DNA of 62,345 bases, the filler included, from an uncultured Thermoplasmatales archaeon (GTDB lineage: Archaea > Thermoplasmatota > E2 > DHVEG-1), in the NCBI GenBank assembly GCA_964517155.1. It is 4 parts of 4 records of this genome, joined end to end, with 100 filler letters (N's around TTAATTAATTAA, not from the genome) between each part and the next. Parts side by side here need not be neighbours in the genome. Positions count along the whole stretch, not along the records: positions 20,246 to 43,600 come from CAZFAZ010000071.1; 3 more parts are not named here. One strand, 5' to 3'. Both the position numbers and the translations under genes were made by a program. Below are positions 30,819 to 40,383 of this stretch, piece by piece (position 1 is the first letter of the stretch; each line of letters begins with the position of its first letter). The notes below the pieces were generated by a model, which did no database searches, had not been told where the DNA came from, and worked only from the letters and a program-made list of their open reading frames with translations.

Positions 30819-31766
30819 TTACTCCCATTCAACAGTTCCAGGTGGTTTATTTGTTATATCATATACTACACGATTGACTTTTTCCTTAAGGGTATTTGTG
30901 ATACGAGTAGAAATTTTATCTAGTACATCATGAGGAATACTACTATAGTTACAAGTCATAGCATCAATACTTTCAACTGAACGTACTGCAATAACATCAC
31001 CATAAGCACGACGGTCGCCATGAACACCAACACTTCTAACAGGTAAAAGTACTGCAAAATACTGCCAAGGATGTTTCATAAGTCCTTTTGAAACTGCTTT
31101 ATCGATTTCATCTTCAACAATAAAACAAGCCTCGCGAACAATTTTTACACGCTCAGGGCTTGCCTCACCAAGAATTCTAACGGCAAGACCCGGTCCAGGA
31201 AAAGGCTGTCTTTCAGAAACCTCAAGTTTTAATTCACGTGCAACCTTTCTTACTTCATCTTTATATAAATCACGAAGTGGCTCGACAAGCTTGAGTTTCA
31301 TATCTTTTGGAAGACCACCGACATTATGATGAGATTTAATAGTATCACGAAGCTCACCACCTGATTCAATCCAATCAGGTGCAATAGTTCCCTGAACCAG
31401 ATACTTTACTTTTTCTTCTTTTGCAACTTTTTCAAAAACACGAATGAATTTTTCACCAATGATTTTACGTTTTTTCTCTGGATCTTCAACGTCTTTTAAA
31501 GCAGCATAAAAATCGTTGCTTGCATCAACAAAACGAAAATTAAGATTCATTCTCTTCATTAATTTTTTTACATCACTACTTTCGTTTTTACGCATATATC
31601 CTGTGTCAACATGAACCGCGATTAATCTTTCCCCAACTGCTTTATTTACAAGTGCTGCACAAACAGCACTGTCTACACCACCAGAAAATGCAATGAGCGC
31701 TTTACCAGAAACATCATTTTTAAGATTTTTTATAGTTTCTTCTATGAATTTTTCTGCTTTAAACAT
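30819..31766 (-). CDS. guaAB: GMP synthase ATP pyrophosphatase subunit
   Basis: SGGVDS, IKSHHNVGG, RQPFPGPGL, KPPGTVEWE. Confidence 0.96.
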   Translation of the reverse strand: MFKAEKFIEETIKNLKNDVSGKALIAFSGGVDSAVCAALVNKAVGERLIAVHVDTGYMRKNESSDVKKLMKRMNLNFRFVDASNDFYAALKDVEDPEKKRKIIGEKFIRVFEKVAKEEKVKYLVQGTIAPDWIESGGELRDTIKSHHNVGGLPKDMKLKLVEPLRDLYKDEVRKVARELKLEVSERQPFPGPGLAVRILGEASPERVKIVREACFIVEDEIDKAVSKGLMKHPWQYFAVLLPVRSVGVHGDRRAYGDVIAVRSVESIDAMTCNYSSIPHDVLDKISTRITNTLKEKVNRVVYDITNKPPGTVEWE

Positions 31767-31772
31767 CTTTTT

Positions 31773-32228
31773 TTATCCCTTGAGAACTTTTTCTTTCATT
31801 TTTTCTCTATAATTCTTCATTTCCTCTGCAAGTTTTTTATCTTTAACAGATAAAATTTGAACGGCAAGAAGGGCTGCGTTATCTCCTCTATCAAGTCCAA
31901 CAGCAGCAACAGGAATACCTGGAGGCATCTGAACAATACTAAGAATAGAATCAAAATTTACTTTACCGCTAACAGGAACACCAATTACTGGTTTTACAGT
32001 ATGAGCTGCAATTGCACCAGGAAGTGCTGCTGAAAGACCTGCAACACCAATAAAAACATCAGATGTGTTTTTTTCAACAAGCTCTTTTAAAAAATCTGGT
32101 GTTCTATGGGCACTTGCAACTTTTATATTGTATTCGACGCTAAACTCTTTAAGTATTTTTTCTGCTTTTTCGGCAACCGGCATATCTGATTTACTACCAA
32201 GTATTATTTGAATTTTCATGTCTATCAC
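31773..32228 (-). CDS. purE: N5-CAIR mutase / AIR carboxylase
   Basis: [27 protein letters not shown]. Confidence 0.95.
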   Translation of the reverse strand: MIDMKIQIILGSKSDMPVAEKAEKILKEFSVEYNIKVASAHRTPDFLKELVEKNTSDVFIGVAGLSAALPGAIAAHTVKPVIGVPVSGKVNFDSILSIVQMPPGIPVAAVGLDRGDNAALLAVQILSVKDKKLAEEMKNYREKMKEKVLKG

Positions 32229-32342
32229 GCCAAGGAAATAGAAAAAGATATATAAAATGTTTCGACCAATTAAAAAAATTGGGCGTAAACTAATTATACA
32301 AGTTATTTATGTTGTCTGCAAAACCAAAGTTTGGAATTCAAA

Positions 32343-34343
32343 ATGAAGCTTGTAATCTGTGAAAAAAACATTTCTGCAAGAAGAATCGCATATTTTTTAT
32401 CAGCTGGAAAATCAAAAAGTATCCGTATCGGCAGCATACCTGTTTATGAATTTACAAGAAACAATGAACCTTGGAGTGTCGTAGGTTTAAAAGGACATAT
32501 TATAAACCTTGATTTTCCAAAGAGTTTTAACAACTGGAATCAAGTTCAACCAAAAGACCTAATAAATATTGAGCCTGTAAAAAAAGTAAGTGAAAAAAGT
32601 ATCGGTGCTGCAATAAAAACACTTTCAGATAAAAACCCTTTTATTATTGTTGCAACAGATTTTGACCGTGAAGGAGAACTAATCGGCGTCGAGGTAATAA
32701 ATCTTTTAAAAGAATATAATAAAAACATTAAAGAAATTAAAAGAGCAAAATTTAGTGCTATTACAGATTATGAAATAAGAAATGCGTTTGATAACTTATC
32801 AAAAGTTGATTATAACCTTGCTAGCTCTGGTGAAACAAGACAAATAATTGATCTTATATGGGGTGCGGTTCTTACTCGTTTTATTAGCATTACATCAAAT
32901 CACCTGGGAAGAGATTTTTTGTCAATAGGTCGTGTTCAATCACCAACACTTGCTTTACTTGTTGACCGGGAAAAAGAAATACAAAATTTCGTTCCAAAAC
33001 CTTTCTGGAAGATTATTGCAACATGCAAAAAAGATAAATCTTTTGATTGTGTTCATTTTGAGGGACAGTTTTGGGATGAAAAACAAGTTAAAACCATTTT
33101 TGATAAAATAAAAAATTCTAAACAAGCAACAGTTGAAAAAGTTGATAAAAAAACTCAAAAAGAGCTACCACCTAGTCCTTTTAATACAACTAGTTTTCTT
33201 GAATCTGTTTCATATCTTGGTATTAGTGCCGCCCATGCTATGAGTATCGCTGAAGAATTATACATGGCTGGGCTTATTTCATATCCTCGTACAGATAACA
33301 CTGTTTATCCTTCTAGTTTAAATATTAAAGGCATACTTGAGAAACTTAAAAATTCAGATTTTTCAAAAGAAACAGAAGAGGTTATAAAAAACGGCAGAAG
33401 CTATCCTACACGTGGCAAGAAACAAACAACAGATCATCCACCTATTCATCCGGTAGGTGTACCTGGCGCTAAAAAACTTTCTGGTGAATCTAAGCAAATT
33501 TATGAACTTATAGTAAGGCGTTTTCTTGCAACACTAGCAAAAGATGCGATTTCTGAAATTGTAAAAGCAGTTATTGATATATCTTCTGAAAAATTCAATG
33601 CAGATGGATATCGTTTAATTGAGTCAAACTGGAGAGACATCTACATATATTATAAAGAAAGAAGAAAACCACTTCCTGAGCTTGTGAAAGATGAAAAAAT
33701 AGATGTTACAAAAATTGTTTTAAAAGAAGATAAAACAAAACCACCAGCTCGGTTTACACAAGGTAGTATAATAGGTAAAATGGAGCAGTTAAACCTTGGA
33801 ACTAAAAGCACACGTCATGAAATCATTCAGAAACTGTTTTATAGAAAATATATTGTGCTTTCTCCTTTGAAACCTACGCCCATGGGTTTTGCAGTAGTTG
33901 AAGCAATGGGTGATTGTGATGTTGTAAAACCAAAAATGACATCAAAACTTGAGAAAGACATGGATGATATTTCTGAAGGTAAAAAAACACTAGATGAAAC
34001 TGTTGATGAATCAAGAAAGATGCTTACGCAGGTTATGATTTCTCTGGAGAAAGATAAAGAAAAAATAAAAACTAATATTAGAAATGCATCAAAACAGCAG
34101 AATATAATTGGTAAATGCCCAAAATGTGGTAAAGAGTTGGTTATGCGTTTTTCTAAAAAAGGTAACCGTTTCGTTGGTTGTACAGGTTACCCTGATTGTA
34201 AAAATACTTATCCTTTACCACAAAAAGGCGGAGTTGTTCCAGTTGATGAGCCTTGTGATAAATGCAATTCCCCGCAAGTTAAGATAATTAGTAAGGGGAA
34301 AAAGCCATGGAAGATATGTATTAATCCAGAATGTAAAAAATAA
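32343..34343 (+). CDS. topA: DNA topoisomerase IA with C-terminal Zn ribbons
   Basis: ICEK, ATDFDREGE, GRVQSP, ISYPRTD, C4 ribbons. Confidence 0.96.
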   Translation: MKLVICEKNISARRIAYFLSAGKSKSIRIGSIPVYEFTRNNEPWSVVGLKGHIINLDFPKSFNNWNQVQPKDLINIEPVKKVSEKSIGAAIKTLSDKNPFIIVATDFDREGELIGVEVINLLKEYNKNIKEIKRAKFSAITDYEIRNAFDNLSKVDYNLASSGETRQIIDLIWGAVLTRFISITSNHLGRDFLSIGRVQSPTLALLVDREKEIQNFVPKPFWKIIATCKKDKSFDCVHFEGQFWDEKQVKTIFDKIKNSKQATVEKVDKKTQKELPPSPFNTTSFLESVSYLGISAAHAMSIAEELYMAGLISYPRTDNTVYPSSLNIKGILEKLKNSDFSKETEEVIKNGRSYPTRGKKQTTDHPPIHPVGVPGAKKLSGESKQIYELIVRRFLATLAKDAISEIVKAVIDISSEKFNADGYRLIESNWRDIYIYYKERRKPLPELVKDEKIDVTKIVLKEDKTKPPARFTQGSIIGKMEQLNLGTKSTRHEIIQKLFYRKYIVLSPLKPTPMGFAVVEAMGDCDVVKPKMTSKLEKDMDDISEGKKTLDETVDESRKMLTQVMISLEKDKEKIKTNIRNASKQQNIIGKCPKCGKELVMRFSKKGNRFVGCTGYPDCKNTYPLPQKGGVVPVDEPCDKCNSPQVKIISKGKKPWKICINPECKK

Positions 34344-34366
34344 GATAAAACGTAAATAAATATTTT

Positions 34367-35320
34367 TTATTTTTTTATCATTCCATCTTCTGTTATAAAA
34401 CCAGTTACGTATTTATGAGGAGTTACATCAAAAGCAGGGTTACGAACTTTTGTATAATCTGGCATAATTTTACAATTATTAATTGTTGCTAACTCTTCTC
34501 TACCTCTTTCCTCAATTACTATTTCATCACCTGATTTTATATTTTTATCAAAAGTACTAACAGGTGCTGCAACATAAAAAGGAATATCGTTTTCATATGC
34601 AAGAACTGCTTTTTCATATGTGCCGATTTTATTTGCAAAATCTCCATTTGCAGCAATTCTGTCGGCACCAGTAATAACCATATCAATTTCGCCTTTTTTC
34701 ATGAAATATCCTGCGGCGTTATCAGCAATTACAGCATGAGGAATTCCTTCTTGCTCAAGCTCCCAATCGGTCAATAAACCTTGACATCTCGGACGTGTTT
34801 CATCTGCAAAAACAAAGAATTTTTTACCTTTTCTATGAGCAACATAAAAAGGTGCAAGAGCCGTACCCCAATCAACAGTCGCCAATGCACCAGCATTACA
34901 ATGTGTAAGAATCTTCATATTATTTTTAATTAATTTTTCACCATGCATGCCGATATTGTGGCATTTATCAACAATATCTTCAACATACGCATTTGCAGAT
35001 TCTAGTGGATCCTGACACTGTTTTATTTTATCAAGCATAAACTCTACGGCATAAAACAAATCATGAGCAGTAGGCCGCGTCTTACATAGTTTTTCAGCAG
35101 TTTCTTTTAAATCACTTGCTCCAAGAACCATGCTGTATACAGCAGCCGCACCAATAGCAGGTGCACCACGAACTACCATGTCTTTTATTGCAAAACAACA
35201 ATCATCAACAGTCTCTGCAGTATAATACTCAAGTTTATATGGTAGTTTTCTTTGGTCGATAAACTTGATTTTACCCTTTTCAAACCAGAGCGCGCGACCT
35301 TCTTTTCCATTAATCTTCAT
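34367..35320 (-). CDS. mtnA: Methylthioribose-1-phosphate isomerase
   Basis: DQRKLP, VRGAPAIG, RPTA, THCNAGALAT, DETRP, NKIGTY. Confidence 0.92.
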   Translation of the reverse strand: MKINGKEGRALWFEKGKIKFIDQRKLPYKLEYYTAETVDDCCFAIKDMVVRGAPAIGAAAVYSMVLGASDLKETAEKLCKTRPTAHDLFYAVEFMLDKIKQCQDPLESANAYVEDIVDKCHNIGMHGEKLIKNNMKILTHCNAGALATVDWGTALAPFYVAHRKGKKFFVFADETRPRCQGLLTDWELEQEGIPHAVIADNAAGYFMKKGEIDMVITGADRIAANGDFANKIGTYEKAVLAYENDIPFYVAAPVSTFDKNIKSGDEIVIEERGREELATINNCKIMPDYTKVRNPAFDVTPHKYVTGFITEDGMIKK

Positions 35321-35327
35321 TTTCTAA

Positions 35328-35882
35328 TCATTCCCCTAAAAATTCCTTAATTTGTTTTTCAACCTCAAAAATATTTCTTCCAACAAACAGCAAATCATTA
35401 TTTTTAATTGCGACTTTCTTTTTATTTCTTAAAGCTTTCAAAACCTCTTTAGTATTATCAAGACTGCCAATAGGATATTTATCTGTTACATCCACATCTT
35501 TTATTTTATTAAAATCTGTTTTTTTAATTTGAACAATAAAACTTACATCATCTCTTGCATGATGAATCATCCAGTGTAAAAAAGTTTCAACTCTAGGTTT
35601 TGCAAAACCTATTAAAAGCAGATTATTTTTAATTGGATCAAAATCTACAACTTCAAGGAGTTCTTCTCTTTTAATCTTTGAAAAATCTTCAACCATGCTA
35701 TTGATAATTATTCTTTTTCCAAAGCCAATGCTAAATACGGCATCATCCTCTTTTTTTAAAATGCCGCTTTGTTTTAGTTTATTGCCAAGTTTTATAATTT
35801 CAATTGCAAGCGGACAATTTGTTTCTTCTTTTGAAACATAGAAAACTTGTAGAGCAAGATTAGTTAGTCCTCCCCGGTTCAT
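35328..35882 (-). CDS. Divergent class II aldolase/adducin-fold protein lacking the HxH metal ligands
   Basis: PRVETFLHWMIHHARDDVSFIVQ aligns with the PSSE..LH..IY..RPD...VIHTH consensus; upstream of mtnA. Confidence 0.6.
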   Translation of the reverse strand: MNRGGLTNLALQVFYVSKEETNCPLAIEIIKLGNKLKQSGILKKEDDAVFSIGFGKRIIINSMVEDFSKIKREELLEVVDFDPIKNNLLLIGFAKPRVETFLHWMIHHARDDVSFIVQIKKTDFNKIKDVDVTDKYPIGSLDNTKEVLKALRNKKKVAIKNNDLLFVGRNIFEVEKQIKEFLGE

Positions 35883-35933
35883 ATCAATTAATCAGTAAAA
35901 TAAGACTCTCTTTTTACCTTTTCCATTAAAAAC

Positions 35934-36263
35934 TTAGATTTCACAATCACATTTTTTGTTTTTTAACAATTTAATTTGTTTTTCAACCGAGTCTACAAAA
36001 ACATCTTGGGTACTTTTTCCAGTTGCTAGTTTTTCATCAAGAGGACTATTGTGATTGTAACCTCTCTTTTTCATCTCAGCTACTTGTTTTTCATGTCTAA
36101 GATATAATGCTTTTAATTTTCCTCTCCATCGAATTGTTTCAGGATGTTTTGAGTAACCTTTTTTATTATTTATAATAATGGACCAGAGAGCATGTAGTTC
36201 TCTATGCTCTCCTAGTAAATGATTACGGCATAGTTTTTCTGGTGGAACGTCCCATATTCTCAT
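35934..36263 (-). CDS. Pyrimidine dimer DNA glycosylase / T4 endonuclease V-like protein
   Basis: MRIW...LCRNHLLGEHRELH, HPET.RW, EMKKRGYNHNSP. Confidence 0.8.
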   Translation of the reverse strand: MRIWDVPPEKLCRNHLLGEHRELHALWSIIINNKKGYSKHPETIRWRGKLKALYLRHEKQVAEMKKRGYNHNSPLDEKLATGKSTQDVFVDSVEKQIKLLKNKKCDCEI

Positions 36264-36266
36264 TTT

Positions 36267-36521
36267 TTAATTAAATCCTTGTATGTATTGTCTTATATGG
36301 CTTGCTTTCATGTAAGTCTGTGTAAGCTCATCTGCTGTTTCTTTGTCTATACCTTGTTTTATCAACTCTTTTTTAAAAACTTTACCTGCCTTATTTGCAT
36401 CACTTTTAAATCTTAGAAGAGTTCCTGTAAGTCTAAATGTTAAAGATGGTATTTTGGGAAGTATCATGCCAAATATCTTTATTGTTTCTACTTCCCTTTC
36501 ATCTTTTATATTTTCATTCAT
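36267..36521 (-). CDS. Small helical hypothetical protein
   Basis: Operonic; C-terminal FKKELIKQGIDKETADELT resembles the neighbouring ORF. Confidence 0.7.
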   Translation of the reverse strand: MNENIKDEREVETIKIFGMILPKIPSLTFRLTGTLLRFKSDANKAGKVFKKELIKQGIDKETADELTQTYMKASHIRQYIQGFN

Positions 36522-36549
36522 TTTTCATACCAGCAGTTCTGCATCTTTT

Positions 36550-36843
36550 TTAATCGTGGTGATGATGTTCTCCAACGTTTCTCATCATTTTGCCAAGGTT
36601 TAGAGTAGATAAATATTGGCTGGTAAGTTCATATGCTTGCTCAGGTGTCATACCTGCTTTTACAAGTTCTTTATAAAATGTTGCTGCCGCCTCTGCATAC
36701 TGTTTTGCGCTTTCTGGGCTGTATAAAAGGCCGCTTAACTCTTTTAAGAGTCCAGGTATCTTTTCAGAGACTACATCTAATATTTCTTTTATTTTTTCTG
36801 GGTCCGGCATTTGTTCATGTTTATTCATATTTTTTTCCTCCAA
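36550..36843 (-). CDS. Small helical hypothetical protein with a His-rich tail
   Basis: FYKELVKAGMTPEQAYELT; ends EHHHHD. Confidence 0.75.
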   Translation of the reverse strand: MEEKNMNKHEQMPDPEKIKEILDVVSEKIPGLLKELSGLLYSPESAKQYAEAAATFYKELVKAGMTPEQAYELTSQYLSTLNLGKMMRNVGEHHHHD

Positions 36844-36877
36844 TATTTTAATTCTAAACTATGTTACAGTGGTCATT

Positions 36878-37309
36878 TTATATATTAAAACCGAGCATTT
36901 GTGACCATTTCTTGAGCACTTTGTCAGTTAGGGTATAAACATATAATTTTCCTTTCATCTGTTTTGTTATAATGTTTTTTTCTTCGAGTTCTTTTAATCT
37001 TTCACGTATTATTCGCCTAGAAGCCGTTCCTCTCTTGTTTCTCACAAGATCTGTTATCTCTGATACGTTCTGGTCTTTTTTGTCTAAGAGTACTCGAACT
37101 ATTTCTCTGCTGATATGATCTTTTATTTCAGGCAGTATCATATCTGGTGTAAGGCCACCATGCTCAAGGATTAGACTTGTGATTTTTAGATAATTCCTGG
37201 TGGTTTTACCTACTTCTCTTAAGGGACTCATTACCTCAGAAAGCATTTTTTCAAGTTCACTAATTCTTTTATTTAACTCTTTTACTTCTTTTTCTAATTC
37301 ATTGGCCAC
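36878..37309 (-). CDS. Coiled-coil plus winged-HTH transcriptional regulator
   Basis: N-terminal coiled coil; NVSEITD...ASRRIIRERLKELEEKNII. Confidence 0.75.
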   Translation of the reverse strand: MANELEKEVKELNKRISELEKMLSEVMSPLREVGKTTRNYLKITSLILEHGGLTPDMILPEIKDHISREIVRVLLDKKDQNVSEITDLVRNKRGTASRRIIRERLKELEEKNIITKQMKGKLYVYTLTDKVLKKWSQMLGFNI

Positions 37310-37360
37310 AAAAACTCAAATAAGGTATCTAATTAAAAATACTTGTCAATATATAATAAA

Positions 37361-37384
37361 TAGTGCAGGGAAGGGATTTGAACC
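37361..37384 (-). other. Isolated tRNA 3'-end remnant (T-loop plus acceptor strand, tRNA-Leu-like); possible att scar
   Basis: Reverse complement GGTTCAAATCCCTTCCCTGCACTA; no D arm or anticodon arm present. Confidence 0.6.
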
Positions 37385-37443
37385 TATTTTTAATAGTAAA
37401 AATATTTATTGTTTTTCAAAAAGATAAAAGCAGTTAGATTATT

Positions 37444-37697
37444 TTAATATGCTTTGTCGTGATGATCAAGCGATATTATTCTTACAATATTTTCTTCTAT
37501 TTTGTATATTAAAACAAATGGGCCAAAGTGTATTCGCCTATATCCTGCTAAGATGTTGCTAAGAGATTTGCTGTGTTCTGGATTATTAACAACATCGATA
37601 AGCTTTTTTGTATTTGATGAAATAATGTTTTGTCTTTTTTCTTTAATTTTTTCATAGATTTTTCAAATTGAGAACTAAATTCAATTATGTATTCCAT
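37444..37697 (-). pseudogene. RelE/ParE-family toxin frameshifted at an A6 run
   Basis: Adding one A at 37604-37609 restores an 84-aa ORF: MEYIIEFSSQFEKSMKKLKKKD...NPEHSKSLSNILAGYRRIHFGPFVLIYKIEENIVRIISLDHHDKAY. Confidence 0.8.
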
Positions 37698-37698
37698 G

Positions 37699-37935
37699 TT
37701 ATAAGCTCTCTAAATATTCCACGGCATTTTTTTGATTGAATTTCTTAACATTCTTGCCCTTTGCCATTTCTTTTTCAATTTTTTGGTATCTTTCAATTTT
37801 TTCAAAAAACACCTTCTTTCTAATAAGTTCTAGAATAAATTCTTGGATATTTTTATAGCCAAATTCTTTAGAGTATTCTTTAGAAGCTTTGAGTAAATTT
37901 TCTGGTATTGTTAAACTTATTTGTTTTAGAGTCAC
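37699..37935 (-). CDS. RHH-type antitoxin
   Basis: KQISLTIPENLL...GYKNIQEFILELIR; directly upstream of the RelE-like toxin. Confidence 0.8.
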   Translation of the reverse strand: MTLKQISLTIPENLLKASKEYSKEFGYKNIQEFILELIRKKVFFEKIERYQKIEKEMAKGKNVKKFNQKNAVEYLESL

Positions 37936-38018
37936 AAGATCACCAAATATTTATAAGTATTTATATGTACTTAATAATACTTAAATTTTCCTAATAAATA
38001 ATCAAAATTAAATTTTAA

Positions 38019-38104
38019 CGCCGAGGAGGAGATTTGAACTCCTGCGGGGTCGAAACCCCACGAGCTTTCCAGGCTCGCGCCGTACCAGGCTGGGCCACCT
38101 CGGC
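38019..38104 (-). tRNA. tRNA-Ser (GGA)
   Basis: Full cloverleaf GCCGAGG...GAGC-CT-GGA-AA-GCTC, long variable arm GGGGTTTCGACCCC, T-loop TTCAAAT, G discriminator; no intron and no encoded CCA. Confidence 0.96.
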
Positions 38105-38138
38105 AATAAAAAAACAATACCCTGAATAAAACATGCTT

Positions 38139-39149
38139 TTAAGGTTTTTTCCAGAAACTAGGATATGTATCTTTTTTCATAATAACACGTTCAAGATTTG
38201 CACAGAAACCTTTTTCCTTTTGAATCATTTCTTCTGTTGGCATCAAAGCTCTTCCAACAGCAACAGCCTCACCTTTAAGCGTTGAAATAAGTACAACATC
38301 ATTTTTCTTAATATTTGTATCAAGCTCTACAACACCAGGCAATGCAAGAGATGCACCATGACATAGGGCATTTACTGCAGAATCACGAACAACAATATTT
38401 GGTAAATGCTTAAGCATATATTCTACAGGATGCAAAATACTACGAATACTTTCTTCATCATTTTCTTCTTTATAAAAAACAAAACAATCTTTTAAATCAT
38501 GAAGAAGTACAGAATCACTTTCTTTTATATGGCCAATCTGAGTACGCCTCAATTCAGCAAGATGAGCACCAGATCTTAACTTTCGGCCAATATCAACACA
38601 AAGAGTTCTAACATAAAACCCTGATTCACAACCGACTCTGAATAAAACCTCACGATCTTTTATTTGAATAATATCAAGATAATAAATACTTCTTTTACGC
38701 CTTACTCTCTTAACAGCACTTCTAACCGGCGGCAGTTGAACAACATCACCAACAAAACTTTTGCAAACATCTCTTAACTTTTTTTCATCAACATCCTTAT
38801 GTAACTTCATAACGCCAACGTACTCTTTACCGGCAAGAAGCAAAAAAGATAAAACCTTTGTAGCATTGCCAATGCCCGTGGGTAGAATACCTGTAGCATT
38901 AGGATCAAGTGTACCACTATGACCAACTTTTTCATTCCCAATTATTTTTTTAACCCAAGAGTCAACCTGATGACTAGTTGGACCATTAGGCTTATCAATT
39001 ATTATTAAACAACTCTCTAAAAGCTCATTTATGGTTCTTTCTTCAGGTTTTTTGCCAAAAGTAGGATTAGTTTTAACATTTTTCTTAATTAATCTTTCAT
39101 ATGAACTTATACCGGGTAATACTTTTTTATTCATAGTTTTACTTTTCAC
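38139..39149 (-). CDS. truB: H/ACA / tRNA pseudouridine synthase Cbf5
   Basis: DKPNGPTSHQV, GHSGTLDP, QLPPVRSAVKR, PUA domain. Confidence 0.95.
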   Translation of the reverse strand: MKSKTMNKKVLPGISSYERLIKKNVKTNPTFGKKPEERTINELLESCLIIIDKPNGPTSHQVDSWVKKIIGNEKVGHSGTLDPNATGILPTGIGNATKVLSFLLLAGKEYVGVMKLHKDVDEKKLRDVCKSFVGDVVQLPPVRSAVKRVRRKRSIYYLDIIQIKDREVLFRVGCESGFYVRTLCVDIGRKLRSGAHLAELRRTQIGHIKESDSVLLHDLKDCFVFYKEENDEESIRSILHPVEYMLKHLPNIVVRDSAVNALCHGASLALPGVVELDTNIKKNDVVLISTLKGEAVAVGRALMPTEEMIQKEKGFCANLERVIMKKDTYPSFWKKP

Positions 39150-39174
39150 AGGAACAATAACAAGTTAATAAAAA

Positions 39175-39699
39175 TTATTCAAGTTTTTCCAAAATAAGAT
39201 TTACTATCTCCTGAGGTGTTTTATTACCAGAATCTACAACAAAATCATATATACTTGTATCATCAATATTTATATTATAATAGTTTTTATAACGAGCAGA
39301 CTCACTTCTTTCACGTTCGATAATCTCTTTTTGTCTTTTTTTTAAATCTCCGTTTTCCCTATTTACAATACGATTTGAACGCGTTTTAATATCTGCATCT
39401 ATAAAAACTTTAAAAGAAGAAATATTGTTTTTATATGCAAGCCAACCTGAGAGCCTTCCTTCGAGTATAACATTTCCTTTTTTTAGGATATTTACTTGTT
39501 TTTTATCAAGTTCTTTATCAACGTTACTATTTTTCTCACAATATTTTCCAAATTCTTCAAGACTCATATTGTGCTCTTTTGCACTCTCGCGGAAAATCAT
39601 GCCAGAATAAACATACGGAATTCTTAGTTTCTCATGTAAAAGATTTGCAACTGTGCTTTTACCACTACCCGGTTTTCCACTAATAGTTATAACCGTCAT
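39175..39699 (-). CDS. cmk: Cytidylate kinase, archaeal type
   Basis: ISGKPGSGKST, SGMIFR, EGRLSG; conserved synteny. Confidence 0.93.
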   Translation of the reverse strand: MTVITISGKPGSGKSTVANLLHEKLRIPYVYSGMIFRESAKEHNMSLEEFGKYCEKNSNVDKELDKKQVNILKKGNVILEGRLSGWLAYKNNISSFKVFIDADIKTRSNRIVNRENGDLKKRQKEIIERERSESARYKNYYNINIDDTSIYDFVVDSGNKTPQEIVNLILEKLE

Positions 39700-39709
39700 A
39701 ACTCAAATC

Positions 39710-40369
39710 CTAATTTGAGGAAGGTTTAATCTTTGATTTAAGGTTTTTCCAAAAATCAGACCAGCTTATGTATTTCAAACCGTTTCTTATAACAGAACCG
39801 ATAACCATTGAAAATATCATATAAAGCCATAACCAGGCCTGCATCAGAAATGGTTTATCAAAAAAACTTACAGAATTTGCCCAGGGTGCTGTAAAATAAA
39901 AATGATCAAGGCCTGCTAGAAAACCTCTTAGCCATATAAATATCGGGAATATGAAAATAATTAAAAACATCATAGATTTCATAGAGCCTGTTTGTGCATC
40001 CTGTTGTTTTTTCATCATCTCAGGCTGCATCTTCATGAGTTTATTGACTCTATTTGTATTTCCCTCTTTTCTTGCTTTCTGCAGTTCTTTTTGAAAAGCT
40101 TTTTGTGTTTCCTGTGTTTCACCCATTTTTTTCCAATCTGTAAAAAAGTTTGTAAGTGAGCCTGATAAGAAAACAACTATCAAACCAGCAAGCATGATAG
40201 TTAAAACAGGATATTTACCGCCAAAACCTATTATTGGTTCTAAGGCAAGGCCAAAATAGTAACCAAGTATTTCACCGACGCCTGTTAAAATCATTGCATA
40301 CATTACAACTAAAAATAGTAACATATACATCATGCTGCTGCCTTGTGCTTTATTATCCATTTTTATCAT
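39710..40369 (-). CDS. DUF106 / EMC3-TMCO1 (Oxa1 superfamily) membrane insertase
   Basis: TM, coiled coil, TM layout; WLWLYMIFS; between adk and cmk. Confidence 0.88.
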   Translation of the reverse strand: MIKMDNKAQGSSMMYMLLFLVVMYAMILTGVGEILGYYFGLALEPIIGFGGKYPVLTIMLAGLIVVFLSGSLTNFFTDWKKMGETQETQKAFQKELQKARKEGNTNRVNKLMKMQPEMMKKQQDAQTGSMKSMMFLIIFIFPIFIWLRGFLAGLDHFYFTAPWANSVSFFDKPFLMQAWLWLYMIFSMVIGSVIRNGLKYISWSDFWKNLKSKIKPSSN

Positions 40370-40383
40370 ATTATCATCTATTA

